From assembly GCF_009914755.1 (NCBI RefSeq), contig NC_060930.1: 64,000 nucleotides of DNA, one strand, 5' to 3'. The notes below the pieces were generated by a model that saw only the letters and a program-made list of their open reading frames with translations, was not told the DNA's origin and did no database searches. This stretch comes from the human T2T-CHM13v2.0 reference genome, Homo sapiens. Every line of letters starts with the position of its first letter. The first letter of the stretch is position 1. A program made the translations under genes and the position numbers. Shown here one piece after another: positions 16,774 through 34,560 of this stretch.

Positions 16774-18280
16774 TAAAATAATAATTATATTAATACCTAC
16801 ATCATGATTCTATAGCAAGGATCAACTGTATAACACAGTGTCTGGAATATAATAGGGACTCAATAAATGTTAGCTGTTGTCACTCTTATTTATATTACTG
16901 AAATAAATTTGTTTCTATCTTCTCTAGCTGTCAAAGTATAAATTCTGTGAGGACAGGGCATTCTTATTCATCTGTGTATATCATTTTAGAAGGCTTTACC
17001 TGAAGCTAATTGACTCTGGGTCATAGCTGCTATTGCCACCACTGTCATCCCCATTGCTGTACACTCTGTTATACTCCTCCAATTAGGTCTCCTTGCTACA
17101 TGGTGTATTAAAAAAAAATCAGTAATGATAGCCTTCTAACTTTGCGAAAACCCCATACTTGTCACAGAGAATTGACATTGGGGTCCGGTAATCTTCATTT
17201 CTACAGCCAACATGTAACTTCTTGAACCATATCTTAATTCCCACTGGATGATTTCACATAATTAATTCATATAATTATACATGATCCTACAATTCTACAT
17301 GATTTGCTGAATCCCTTCAAGCAACATGAACTTGTAAGCAAGGTGGACATGATAGGGAACCTGCTATGGCATCATTTTATCTCTGTTCCTGTATATTATT
17401 ATTGGGAGGGAGGACATGGTCTTAAGGCAGTCGTCAGAGGCACATGCTTCTTCCACATTTACATATTCTGCCAAGCTTAGCACTCTGCCTCTGCAACTGA
17501 GATTGACTGATTTTAATTTAGGTTTAAATTTTGTAGAAATATTTACCTTTTCATATAATATATATGAATATATGTATTAATTATAAACATATACAAATAC
17601 ATATGCATTAATACTAATACCCAATTTAAAACTGTCTTCTAGAAACATGGCTGGAGGCTGCTTGTCCCTGTTACTACTCTCTAGGCTTGACAGGTTTGAA
17701 GCAGTGATTTCAGGTAAGTGGGTCATCCCAAGGTCTACACTTAGTGAGAAGTATTAGGAAGCTTGATTAGTTGTTGATCTAAGCCCTAGTTTTCAATCTA
17801 GCTTTTTGGTTTTAATCTCCATCTGTCTGGATTCTCTGTATATAGGATATTAATTTGTTCAGAACTGGGAAAGGGGAGAATTATTTAACACCTCACCAAA
17901 TATCACGAGAAGCTAGTGACAAACCCAAGGCTAGCTAGTAAGGGAAGAAGAAAAATTGGTGTAGAATAAGAAAGTAGTAAAAAGAGAGACTGAAATAAGG
18001 ACAAAAAAAATAGAAAAGAAAGATATAAATATTTTTTAATAATTACAAGTGATAAAAATAGCAATACATTGAGGAAGAGACTGGATAGACACTAATGTCT
18101 AGAATGTTAATCTTTCTTCCTTATGCTGCTTTTATTTGCAGATAAAAATAATTGACCTTTTATAACATAGAAATGTAATTATAGATATAGATCATTAAGA
18201 AACTGTCATGAACAGAGGTGGATTAACTAATGACTTTAACATCCACCCACCAAAAGTGAAAACTTTCATGGATTTTATAA

Positions 18281-18905
<625 letters not shown>

Positions 18906-20075
18906 TTATTGGTTTTCTTAAAAGTGCCCCAGAAATTATGAGTCAGGGAAATCTGATTTGAGGACAAGAAATGTAAACTTCTGTTAAGTTCCCTAGGTTA
19001 TCTGGTGTGAGTGATCTGTGGAATACACTTTGAGAAACATACAGTGAGTAGTCTTAGGCTCCTCCTTTGTAAATGGAAATGACTATGCTCAATTTATAGG
19101 TTTATTATGAGATATAAATGAGATCATGTACATAGATGCTAAGAATAGAATCTGCCACCTGGTAAGGATTCAGCATATGTTAATTCTTCACCCTACACCT
19201 CTTCCTATTTTAGGAGATATTTTTTACTATCCAAGAAAGAAAACTGCTGAATTACTTTTTATTTATTAATTTATTTTTAGAGCGAAAGTCTGGTTCTGTT
19301 GCCCAGGCTGGAGTGCAGTGGTGGGATCATGGCTCACTGCAGCCTTGAACTCCTGGGCTCAAGCTATCTATCCTCTGCTTCAGTTACCCTACCCCCCAAG
19401 CAGCTGGGACTACAATACAGTCTGATATGCAGCTAGATTTACTTATGAAAAGCTTTGCCAACTGCTTAAAATTCATTTGCCACTTGCCCCAGGTCCAGGA
19501 TACTGTGTCCTAATAAATGGAAATCACGATTATTATCATATTTTAATTCTGTCCCATAATTTGAGCTAACGTATTCATGCCTTATTTATCATGTATCTAA
19601 AATACCAAATACCTTTTGTACTTCAATACCAACCTCCCATGACTTAATCTTTAGGTCTGAAAACACAGCAATTTCAGTTAAGTACTAAGGGGGAACTAAT
19701 GGAAGAAATGACCCTGGGCAGATAAACACTTAGGAATTCTTCACTAATTAACTGTATAACGATTTTTAAAAATCAAGAGTTTAATGTAATTTATGTTAAT
19801 GCTAAAAATAAAGAAAAGCTGTGTGTGAATCTGCAATGTTTTGAGGCATCTTCCTTTTTCCTTGACATTTCAAAATATGGTACAATGAAATAAATTCAAT
19901 GCTTTTCTTGAGAGATATATTCTTATGGGCAATCCTTGAAACTTCCATGAATTTTTGTTGGGGGAAAATCTGTATCTAAAACTTGAAAATGGGCTCTAAA
20001 AGCACAGACATCTTCATGCCCAACATCAGCTACAAACCTGAGGGGGGTTTCTATAGTTTAAAAAATTTTTTTTCG

Positions 20076-20408
<333 letters not shown>

Positions 20409-20559
20409 TCATATGTTGTGTTTATGACAAAAGTTAAAAGCAGACGACTCCAAGTGATTCTTTCCAGACTAAATAATGATTATACAACAGAACCATCAAC
20501 CATATGCCTCTGTACCTCTTAAAATTTAAAACCTCTAACATTTATTATTTCACATATAT

Positions 20560-22700
<2,141 letters not shown>

Positions 22701-23197
22701 GTTTTGATTAGTTCCCCTCCCCATAAATCTCCCCTGGCTCCTAGCTCTGTCTTAGCTCTGCTTGGCCACCTCTCCAAATCCCTTAGTCTCCCCCTACTCC
22801 TAAAACAGACAGGTGCTGACATACATATAGACTCCTAACCAATCAGTTATCACAGCCCTACACGGAGAATTCTTAGACATTGACTACAGAGTACTGATAG
22901 AAGTAGATGAGGAAAAGCATGGACATAAGAGAAAGAAATTGAGCCTAGGAGAGACAGATAAATGAAATGTCAGATAAGAGGGAATATCCTGTAACTGCAA
23001 AGCAGCATGACAGGTTTCTTAGGATGGAAAGGCAGCTCTGAAAGCTAGTCCAAAAAAGGAGTGTCAGAGATGTTCAAAGCACATAGTGCTGGAATAAATG
23101 TATTAAGAAGTAGACCACATTCATTCTGATGAACAAATTCAAGTATATTTGTGAAAAAGCCATCTGATTATCAGTGGCACTTTATATTAAAATGCTA

Positions 23198-23645
<448 letters not shown>

Positions 23646-24811
23646 TCACCCTGAAGTAAAAACAGCAACCAATGTGTATTGAGAGCTTACTATTAATATA
23701 TGCCAAGCATCTGCCCATTTTATACATGTGAACGTTGAGATTTGAAGAGGTAAAATGATTTGCTAAAGGTCACTGGACATATTAAATAACCAAGCCAAGA
23801 CTCAAATCTAAGTCTGTCTGTGAAACCAGGGATCTTTATTCTATATTCTGCAGCATTTCAAAGTCTCTAAGGCTTTTTGACATAACCAGGCAATAATGTG
23901 GTGAAGAGCCAACATATCCAATTCAGTGCAAGTAACAACTGGTTAACGCACTGTTATGACCAGTCCAAGTCAGATTAAAAAAAAAAATCTATTATGTTAT
24001 TGCGATGAGATGACAACTTGAGAAAGTGAAGAAACTTGGTAGCTTTTAAATACAGATACCAGCCACCTGATTTCTAAATTTTAGGTTTAGCATAGGAACA
24101 TTTATATTAAAATGTAGAGTAGCCAAATAGAGCCCTTGGGTCAGTTTCCAGAATAAACATTAGAATAGTGTGAAGGGCTGCTACAAAGTGTCTTTAAAGA
24201 GACCTACTGGTAGTAGGTGTGGTGGCTCAGGCCTGTAGACCCTGCTACTTGGGAGATGAAGGCAGGAGGATTGCTTGAGGCCAGGAGTTCCATATCAGCC
24301 CACCTCTAGAATAACTTTCATTGATTGTTGTGTTGCTGCTTTAAAGAAAGTTCTGAATATTTTTTCATTGCCATTGTCCTTTCCAGATTGCTCTACCCCT
24401 GATTTCTACAGCAATCAGTCAATCTCAAGTAGGAAGGCCAGGAAGGCCAAGCCATTCATAATCACACTCACAATTATCTCTGCCTCTTTTTTTAGAAGTG
24501 CAGTTTACCATTGATGTGAGCACTGGTACTCCTAGAGGAGAGTTGTTACCTGATCCTCACACATCCTGTAAGTCAGTGGTTCTTAACCTCCTGTGGGTTA
24601 TGGATCTCTTTGAGAGTGTGATGAAGGTTGTGAGCTCTCATCCCACTAAAAGCATATACTCAAACACACATACAACATTTGGAATAAGGAGCCCCTTGAA
24701 GACCATTTCTAAGCTTGGTATCTTTGGATTGAGTTAAAAACTTTTGTGCATGTCATCTTCCCTTCATGGAATCTTAAAAGAGGAAGATTAGACAGAAGAT
24801 ATATTCAGAGA

Positions 24812-25390
24812 CAGAAGGAAACCAAAATATGCTACCCCAAAATATACTTCCATGGCATATTTTAAGATGGCTATTCAGAGGGGCTACAGACCACAGAAAT
24901 AGCTCCCTAAAAGCTGTCATTCTGTGGGGAAATCTACATTAGTGAAATAAACAGCAGCTACAGAGTCTTTCTCAGGGGTCCCCCTATCCAGACCCAGGAA
25001 AGATTGATTCCAGGAAAAGGGACCAAATGTCCTAACACTTTTAAATGCCTAACAGAAAAGTTTTTACCACAGACTACCATTTTTTTCTTTCTAAAGGTTG
25101 CTACCTTTGAGGCTTCATCTGCATAACAAGACAGCTTTTGCTCACCATGCCTTTCCTCCCCTCTCCCTCCCATAAAGCTGTTGCCACACTCCAAGCCTCT
25201 ATTCCTTTCTGTATGCTATAGAGACTTTAATCATCTGGCTCTTCTGTGAGTCTCATATTTCGTGTGGTTCCTGTGCCTATGCACGTAATAAATTTTGATT
25301 GGTTTTTCTCCTATTAATCTGTCTTTTGTCAATTCATTTCAGCAAACTTAGACCTGAATCTTCAGAGGGAAAGTCTCAACTTCCCTACCA
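24812..25390 (+). mobile_element. ERV1-class solo LTR (MER34/MER39 group-like)
   Basis: GAAGGAAACCAAAATATGCTACCCCAAAATATAC start, AATAAA at ~25287, ends ...TTCCCTACCA. Confidence 0.65.
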
Positions 25391-25688
25391 GACCAAAAGC
25401 CAGCATTTGGTGCACTCTTAAATTTGTAATTCCTGTTTGGGAATCAAGCCTCAAGAATTTCAGCATTGAGTAGAAGCAATAAATCAAGAAGTACAACCTG
25501 AGATCATGGTCATCCTTTGCTTCTCTTCTGCCTCTTACCAGCTGCATAATTTGGAAAAGCCTCCCCTGTAGAAAAGTTTAGCAATTGTACTAAGATGTTT
25601 GTTGTGATCATTAAATAAAAGAACACACGTGAAGCACTTGTATCAGACTTCAGATAGGAATTATATAACTGTTAGATATTATTAGTGA

Positions 25689-25985
<297 letters not shown>

Positions 25986-26071
25986 CAACATTATTATTTT
26001 AATTCTATTTCTATTGAATTATTCTTTATGGCAGCAGAATGTTTGTATCAATATACCATAATTTTACCCTG

Positions 26072-26280
26072 TACTCTTTCTGTTCTCATTATGCTCATAA
26101 GCAATAGCAAAGGAGGATTAGGGCTGCTCACTGTCCCTGGCATCCAGCCTGTGTCTGTGGCCATACTGATAGGATGCTCAAAGCCAGAAGCCTCCAAGAA
26201 GTAGGATGAGTGCAGAAGACAATCCAATGAGGAAAGGGAAACATATAATTATAATTTTATTTTTAAAATCTCATTCTATT
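26072..26280 (+). repeat. Copy 1 of a ~200-bp diverged local direct repeat
   Basis: Shares AGGATTAGGGCTGCTCACTGTCCCTG, TGATAGGATG, AATCCAATGA and AAAATCTCATTCT with 27630-27820. Confidence 0.9.
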
Positions 26281-26312
26281 AATTGCATGTCAATGACTGA
26301 TGATGGAATAAA

Positions 26313-26616
26313 TTTTTTTTTTTTTTTTTAGAGAAAGGGTTTTGCTCTGTTGCTGAGGCTGGAGGGCAGTGGCACATGCCTAGCTCACTGCAGCCTTAAA
26401 CTCCTGGGCTCAAGCAATCCTCCTGCCTCAGCCTCCCAAGTAGCTAGGGATGTATGTGCACACCACCTCACCCAGCTAATTAAAATTTTTTTTTGTAAAC
26501 ATGGGGTCTCACTATGTTGCCCAGGCTGATCTTAAACTCCTCCTGGCCTCAATTGATCTTCCTGCCTTGGCCTCCTGGAGTGCTGAGATTACATGTGTGA
26601 GCAACTGCACCTGGGC
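26313..26616 (-). mobile_element. AluJ
   Basis: CTCCTGGGCTCAAGCAATCCTCC J-type arms. Confidence 0.85.
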
Positions 26617-26791
26617 AGGATGAAATGTTTTTAAAATAGAAAAAGGCCATGAGAGCACTAATTTAAATAAATCATTTAATAAGTGTTAGAATTATTTAAT
26701 TATGAAATTAATGAAAAGTTTGAATAACAGTATACTTTTTTAAACTTCAAAATTCTAGCCAAATATAGGAATAAAGGAAAAGATATTATAA

Positions 26792-27170
<379 letters not shown>

Positions 27171-27629
27171 TAAGAATATGTAAATTTTTTATAGGTATAA
27201 ATGAAAAAATGGTTGTTGAGGTGTTCCCCTACTTGTGAATTGAAAATCTGAAAGAAAAATATGTCAGACTGAAGAAGCCCCTAGAGCACAGAGAATACTG
27301 CATATGAGCATCAGGTGATCTGAATTTGACCACTAGTTCTTTTGCTTAAAAGCCCATGTATCTCACTTAAGATACCAGTTTTCACATCTATAAAATGGGG
27401 CTAATAAATCATTTTATGCCTTGAAGGCTTGAGATAATTTGATGAAAGCAGTGCAAATATTTAATCTATTCTACAACTATTTATTGTTGCCAGAGAAAAT
27501 AAGGAAAACACCTGCCCTCATGGGGCAAATTATTATTATATTGTAATATACAAAAATGATACTAATGTACCTACATTAAGTCTTGGATCTTAATTTTCCA
27601 GAGGTGGGGATAAACATCCTATTAATTTG

Positions 27630-27820
27630 CACTTTTTCTGTTCTGATTACGCCTTAAGCAATAGCAGAGCAGGATTAGGGCTGCTCACTGTCCCTGACCT
27701 CCAGCCTATGTTTGTGGCCGCAGTGATAGGATGCCCAAAGCCTCCAAATGGGATAAGCATAGAAGATAATCCAATGAAGAATGGGAAACACATAATTACA
27801 ATTTTAAAAATCTCATTCTT
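27630..27820 (+). repeat. Copy 2 of the ~200-bp diverged local direct repeat
   Basis: Collinear with 26072-26280. Confidence 0.9.
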
Positions 27821-27909
27821 TTAAATTTCTACTTGTACATGTTTTACATTACATAATGTACTATAGTACAGAAGTATACGATCTATAAATAAATATACAT
27901 AATTGAAGG

Positions 27910-28375
27910 TGATGGGGTTCACAGCATTCTACCCTAAAGTATGGTGCATTGGTGCAACTGAATATTTTAAGCTGAAGGAATCTGAGAAATGCAGATGTTA
28001 GAACTCTCTGACCTTGCCCTGCTTCCCTGAGGCAGGTCATAAGACCCTCATATGAGACGTGCCCTTCCTATACACGGAGGAAGGGGGCATCTTTATCTCT
28101 GAAGATGGAGGGACCCTGAGGGGAATCCAAACAAACAGAACACACTAAATTTCTCCCGGTTTACCACTGTTAGCTCAGATCTTTTTGTCCTATCACATTT
28201 TTCCAAGACTCTCCACTCTTCAACAAACCTACTATAAAAATGCTTAGGTGGAATTATTTCTCCAGTTCTTCGTTATCTTTTAAAGGCTCCTGCATCATTT
28301 GTTAGTCTAATTTACAGGGCCCTGGCTAATGAACCTAAGAATGATAGAAGGATAAGATATTTTATCTACTCTACA
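27910..28375 (+). mobile_element. Solo LTR (LTR47/MER34 group-like)
   Basis: TG...CA termini: TGATGGGGTTCACAG...GAATATTTTAAGCTGAAGGAATCTGAGAAA...CTACTCTACA. Confidence 0.65.
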
Positions 28376-29754
28376 GAGGTGTGTGCATAACACTTTTTTT
28401 AAAAAAAACTGATAGTGGTGTAAGATAAAAACCTTTACACCATGGCTCTAATAATTTAAAATACAGCTTTAAAACTTTTAAATAAAAATTAAAAAATGAA
28501 CAACAATGATTCTTTCAGAAGTTGGAGGTGGATAAAGAAGTTTGATTTTAAAAAGCTCGGGTCTGTAGATTCATGTATGACTGAACTGTAATAATAAATA
28601 GTCTTTCTGCCAAGCATTCTTTTTTTCCTGGTCCACATACTTGGCAAGACCATCTATTCAAAGGAGGCTTTACTGGCTATTTCTAGCACCTACCTTAAAG
28701 CTCTGAATTACACAGATTCTCCCCAGAGCCTAGAATATTTAGTCATTAACAATTTTAAAATAACACTTTAAGGATGCCTCTTATGAAATTTCATAAATGT
28801 TGATGACTGAGAACATTTAAAATGTGAAAATGTGCAAACATAGATAAAACTAGAGAGACTAGTACAATGCCACATATCCATTACCCAGATAACAGTTATC
28901 AAGATTTTGCCACATTTGCTTCATCTATTTCTTTTGAGGATATCTTTTTTAGCATTTGAGTTTTCAAAATATAGGTTTCTAAAGGCATTTTTCATAGAAG
29001 TAGCATCAATAGTGTTTTATAACCTTTTTTCTGACTAAATTTTTAAAAGTAAGTTGTACATTCACATGGCTGAAAAATCAAAACTATATAACAAATATAC
29101 ATTAAATCCTGCTCCCACACCTATTTCCATCCATTCTGATCTCCCTATCTGCCCGCAATCGTTTAGTTTCTTATATATCCTTCTGAGTGTTTCCGTATAT
29201 AAATATATTATATAATTATAAGTATATAAATAAGTATAACATATATTCTCATTATCCCCTTCCTTTCTCACACAAAAGGCAGCATATGTGATGTTTGGTA
29301 TGCAGCTTCCTGTACTTAACAATGTATTGTGGAGCTCTTCCCATATAAATACACAGAAGGATTTTACATCTCAGTGTACTATTGTTTATTTATTCAGTCC
29401 TTGTAGGTGGACACGTAGGCTATTTCCATTCTTTTGCTATTATAAAAATCAATCCAGGTATACACATCATTTGCTGTATAAGATGCACTTATATCTCTGG
29501 GATAATTTCCCAGGAAAGGGATTGCTAAGTCATAGAGTATATTTTAAATTTTGAGAGATTTCACCAAATTTCCCTCTCTAAATGTTGTGCCCCCTTGGTA
29601 CCCCCACCAGGAATGTATCAAAGTATGGGTTTATCTATAGCCTCACCAAAAAATTATTTTAAAACTTTAAAGCTGTATTTTAACAGTGTGTTGTCAAACG
29701 TTAGGATTTTTGCCAGTTTAATAGACAAACACAAGTTTGTCACAATTTTTATGA

Positions 29755-30052
<298 letters not shown>

Positions 30053-30349
30053 AACAGTTTTTATGAATGTTAAACTTCCTGTTCATTTCTCATTTTCCTC
30101 TTCTGTACATAAGGGAGTGCTCAATAGATACAATATAATTTGGGTGACAGTGCTTGCTTTATTAACTTTTGATGTTGGAAATAATTTGTATTTGTGATAG
30201 GTATGTAGCAGTCTAAAACAAACTTTTGTGACTGATTTCTTTTACTATGATAAATGCAAAAAATCTGTGCCATGTGCAGCAAGTCAGTTCTCTGCAGAAT
30301 GATATTAATTTTTCAGTGAAGAAGCAAAATCATTTCTAACAATGATTCT

Positions 30350-30717
30350 TGTTATGGGTTGAACTGCATCCCTCCAAAAAGATGTTGAAGTCCTACCCCC
30401 CAGTCTCTGTAAATGTGTACTTAAAAATAGGGTCCTTGTAGTTAATCAAGTTAAGATGAGATCATTAGGGTGGGTCCTAATCTGACTGGTGTCCTGAAAA
30501 GGAAAAATTGGGGCATGGGGACAGATAAGTAGAAAGGGAAGACAATGTGATGACACAAGCAGCAGCCATTTACAAGCTAAGGAATGCCCGAGTCTACCAG
30601 AAGCCAGGAGAGAGGCTTGGCACAGATTCTCATCATAGTCCAGAATCGACCCGGAAGCCTTCAGATCTGTAAGACGTTACATTTTTGTTGTTTCAGCCAC
30701 CCTAGAAAGCAAATACA
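30350..30717 (+). mobile_element. MaLR solo LTR, MLT1B-like
   Basis: TGTTATGGGTTGAACTG...GTTAAGATGAGATCATTAGGGTGGGTCCTAATC...AAGCAAATACA. Confidence 0.85.
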
Positions 30718-30899
30718 ATGCTATTCACCCTGTTGCCCACGCTGGCCTGGAACTTCTGTACTCAAGCGATCTGCCCATCTCGGTCTCCTAATGTGCCGGG
30801 ATTACAGGCATGAGCCACTGCACCCGGCCAGCTAGTTTTAATCTTTTTCTTTCTTTCTTCCATTTTAGGACAGGATCGCACTGTTGCCCAGGGTGGAGT

Positions 30900-31135
30900 G
30901 CAGTGGCGCAATCTTGGCTCACTGCAACCTCCGCCCCCCTGCTGGAGAGATCCTCCCACCTCAGCCTCCCCAATAGCTGGGACCACTGGCGCGCAGACCA
31001 CGCCCAGCGAATTTTTTGTAGAGAGCCAGGTCGCCATTTTCCACAGGCTGGTGTTGAACTCCTGGGCTCAAGCGATTCGCCACGTCAACCTCTGAAGAAG
31101 GTGCTGGGATTACAAGCATGAGCCACCGCCGCCAG
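30900..31135 (+). promoter_or_regulatory. LIN28B: Alu-derived alternative promoter/first exon of LIN28B (AluJb-LIN28B / LIN28B-TST)
   Basis: C/EBP-like TGGCGCAAT 30904, GC box CCGCCCCC 30931, CCAAT 30970, YY1 CGCCATTTT 31032; donor CAG|GTCAGT at 31136; ~20 kb upstream of the canonical TSS as I recall from published work; exact TSS not determinable from sequence. Confidence 0.75.
31118..31135 (+). CDS. LIN28B: Alu-derived coding part of the alternative first exon (MSHRRQ, ends in phase 0)
   Basis: AAGC-ATG-A (A at -3); ATG AGC CAC CGC CGC CAG|gtcagt; in frame with 44476-44524 and exon 2. Confidence 0.75.
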
Positions 31136-31470
31136 GTCAGTTTATTTCTAAACTCTATTTTTCTTTCTTTCTTTCTGAGATAGGATCTCACTCAGTCGCC
31201 CAGGCTGGAGTTCAGTGGTGCGATCTTAGCTTACTGGAACCTCTGGGTACTGGTCGGGCGGGCAACCTCAGCCTCCCCAAAAGCCGCAACCGCGGGCGCG
31301 CGCCACCACGCCCAGCTAGTATTTTGTAGAGAGGCGGTGACCATTTTGCCCAGGCTGGGGTGCAGGGCCGCAGTCTCGGCTCGCTGCAACCTCCGCCTCC
31401 CGGCTGTCTGCTGAGTACCAGCAGCTGGGACTACAGGCGCCCGCCACCAAGCCTGCCTGATTTTTTGTAG

Positions 31471-31605
<135 letters not shown>

Positions 31606-31948
31606 TAATGTAGTATAATAAATATAAAAGCCTAGTTTTTCAACATTGTAACACTCAATACTTGTAATTCGTAAGTAAAATGACGTGATGCCTGGGGTTT
31701 GCTTTCATACACTCCACTCATAAAAAAATAGAGGGCAAGAGAAATATGAAACACTGTATTTTATGTTTTCTAAAGGTCTTGGTAAGTATTTCCTTGAAAA
31801 TATAATCAGGGTGCATTCAGATGCATTCATTAAAAAGCATTTCTTACACACTACCATATTCTAGGAACCGTTGTAGGCATTGGAGATATTAAGAGTAAGA
31901 GCCTGTTCTCTTTGGGAATAATTATTAGATATATTCTAAAAGTAAAGC

Positions 31949-32265
31949 AGGCCAAGCATGGTGGTTCATGCCTGTAATCCCAGTGCTTTGGGAGGCCAAG
32001 ACTGCAAGGATATCTTGCCACCAGAAGTCTGAGAATAGCCTGGGCAACAGAGCAAGAACCTGTCTCTACAAAAAAAAAAAAAAAAAAAAAAAAATTAGGC
32101 AGAAAAAAACCAAAAAAAACAAAAAAATTAGGCGCTTGTAGTCCCGGCCACTCAGGAGGTTGAAGATGGATTCTCACTTGTGCCCAGGAGGTCGAAGCTG
32201 CAGTAGCTAGGAAGGTACTATTGTACACCAGCCTTGGCAACAGAGTGAGACCGAGTCTCTAAAAA
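31949..32265 (+). mobile_element. AluJ with expanded A-rich linker
   Basis: Degenerate sense dimer. Confidence 0.8.
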
Positions 32266-32373
32266 AGGGGAGGTTGGAAATAAGGTAAAATAAATTATGA
32301 CCATGGTCCCAGGTAGAGGGATTCACTTTTATAAAGAAATTGCCAAGGTTCACTTTTAGAAGGAAATTGCCAA

Positions 32374-32680
32374 GGTCAGGCATGGTGGATCACGCCTGTA
32401 ATCCCAGCACTTTGAAGGGCCAGGTGGGCAGACTGCTTGAGGCCAGGAGTTTGAGACCAGCGTGGGCAACATGGTGAAACCCCATCTTTACTAAAAATAC
32501 AAAAATTAGCTGCGTGTGGTAGAGCAGGCCTGTAATCCCAGCTACTTAGGAGACTGAGGCACGAGAATCCCGTGAACCCAGAAGGTGGAGGCTGCAGTGA
32601 GCCAAGATTGCACTACTGCACTCAAGCCTGGGGGACATAGTGAGACCCTGTCTCAAGAAAAAAAAAAAACCTGAAAAGAA
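32374..32680 (+). mobile_element. Alu (J/S)
   Basis: Sense dimer; TSD GAAATTGCCAAG. Confidence 0.85.
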
Positions 32681-34276
32681 AAAGAAATTGCCAAGAGCCA
32701 TACGTAAATGATAAATTCCTTTGTTCTTATGGCTTTTCATTCATTTCTAATCATGCTAACATACTCCTTAATGCTTAGCCTATCAATGTTCATCATCGCC
32801 CCTTTCGGGTACCTTATATGAAATAATACATTAAATATTATAATGTCCCATTTTTTATTTGTGTCACAGGAGCATGATGGCATGATGATAACTAGTTTGA
32901 AATCAAAAAAAAGGATGAACTCTTGAGTGCTGGGATACTAACCCTGGGTTGTGTTTTAATTTTTTATTTTCTGTTTACAATTCTTCTCAGGACTTTAAAT
33001 AGGTATTGCATAAATATACATCACACTTAAATGCTGAAAGGCTTACAAAATACCTAGAAACATAGCTATTAAAAAAAACAGTTCATTCTGTAAGTGCATT
33101 TGTAAGCTCTACTCATAAATAAAAAATTACTATAATGCTTTAAAGTCAAAGCATATCACATTTCAGATGGTGATATAATTAATTGCTGTTTTTCATTTCT
33201 AGTAATCAATGTCCACATCTTTTTCCTCTAAATTATATTTGAAATCATAGTGTAAATTGATACAATGATTATAACTAAGAATTGTATCTGAAAGAATCCT
33301 CTGTACTACTTCGCAAAGTAATGTAAGAAATACTTTACATACTTGCCAGTGAAAAGGCATCTTTAAAGTAAGTGGTATTCACTCCACTAGCTCAATGGAA
33401 AGTTGAGCAGCCATCCAGGGAATTTGCTGAAGGTGGTAGCCAACGTGGAAAATTCTTAGGAGGGGTCACAACAGGATTTTGCTTCTGATCAGTTTGTCTG
33501 CATTGATCTCACTCCCAGGCCAGAGATGCTTTTTTCTAGACTGTGGTTACCCTTGATAGATACATTGGTTTCTTAATCCCAATCCAGAAATTGGAAGGGA
33601 GAAATGTATCATCACACAGCAACGGTTTGGAGATTTGCCTTTTAGTCATACAATAGTAGCCAGTGAACTGGCCTTTATTAGTTACTTTCAAATGAAAGTG
33701 TTTTCATTTGAAAAGTTTTCCACTTTTAATTTGATTTCCTATATTTTAAATTTTTGAACAAATTTTTAGTTTGCTGAAATATTTAATCCCTTTAGTCAGT
33801 TCCACAGAACAGTCCAGATTACAAGGCGATATTCGATTTTTTAGCTGGTCAGATAATGATTGACTAGTACTGTTTAGTTCTGAAAGTCTGATGAGAAACT
33901 ACCCAAAGTATAAGAAAGAACTATAAAATTATCAGGTAGAAAATTATAGGAGAGAAAGCAGTGATATTTTGGGAACATATACCAAAATACCAAGCTAAAT
34001 ATGTGTATATATCACAGTATTTTTGGCCCCAGATCTTGTGGCTCTTTGAGTGATGATGATTAAGTTTGTATCATCCAATTTGACGTTGAGTATCTTATTG
34101 TTTAGGAAAAGAAACAGCTGACAGTAGGTTCCCCAAACTTCTGGCATTGTCTACCATGCTCACTGGATTCTGAAATACATGACTATTATTACCTTGAATT
34201 GTGCTGTTCGGAATGATGTCCAGGGCATCTGTAGTAAAAGAAAAGAAGACCTGGGCTTCAGATATGATTTTGTTAC

Positions 34277-34560
34277 CTTCTTACAGTTTTACCGCACCAA
34301 GGTGTCAGGTTGGGGAGCAAGGAGTAGCATCGTCCCGCCTCCCTCCAGTCGCACCCTAGGGACCGCCATGTGAGCTTCCCTCCCAGACTGACGCTGCGCG
34401 CGGAGAGCCGGGAGTCACAGGCCCAGGCACTCGCAGCCTCCACCAGAACAAACGGCGGCAGCGGCCGTGCGCGCCCACGGCCTGCGCGGGGACGCGCTTC
34501 GGGGGTTCGGGGGCGCCCGCGGTAAAGCTCCACCGCGGCCGCGCGCGCCCGCCCGGCCCT
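34277..34560 (-). ncRNA. LIN28B-AS1: Probable first exon of the divergent antisense lncRNA LIN28B-AS1 (LINC00577)
   Basis: Recalled annotation of an antisense lncRNA starting at this island; minus-strand donors AAG|GTAACA (intron from 34276) and AAG|GTAATA (from 34192); boundaries uncertain. Confidence 0.45.

Noticed and set aside
32322-32375. 27-bp tandem duplication beside an Alu (also small duplications near 4370, 41677 and 59793)
   Set aside because: Ordinary slippage or insertion-site duplications with no further signal
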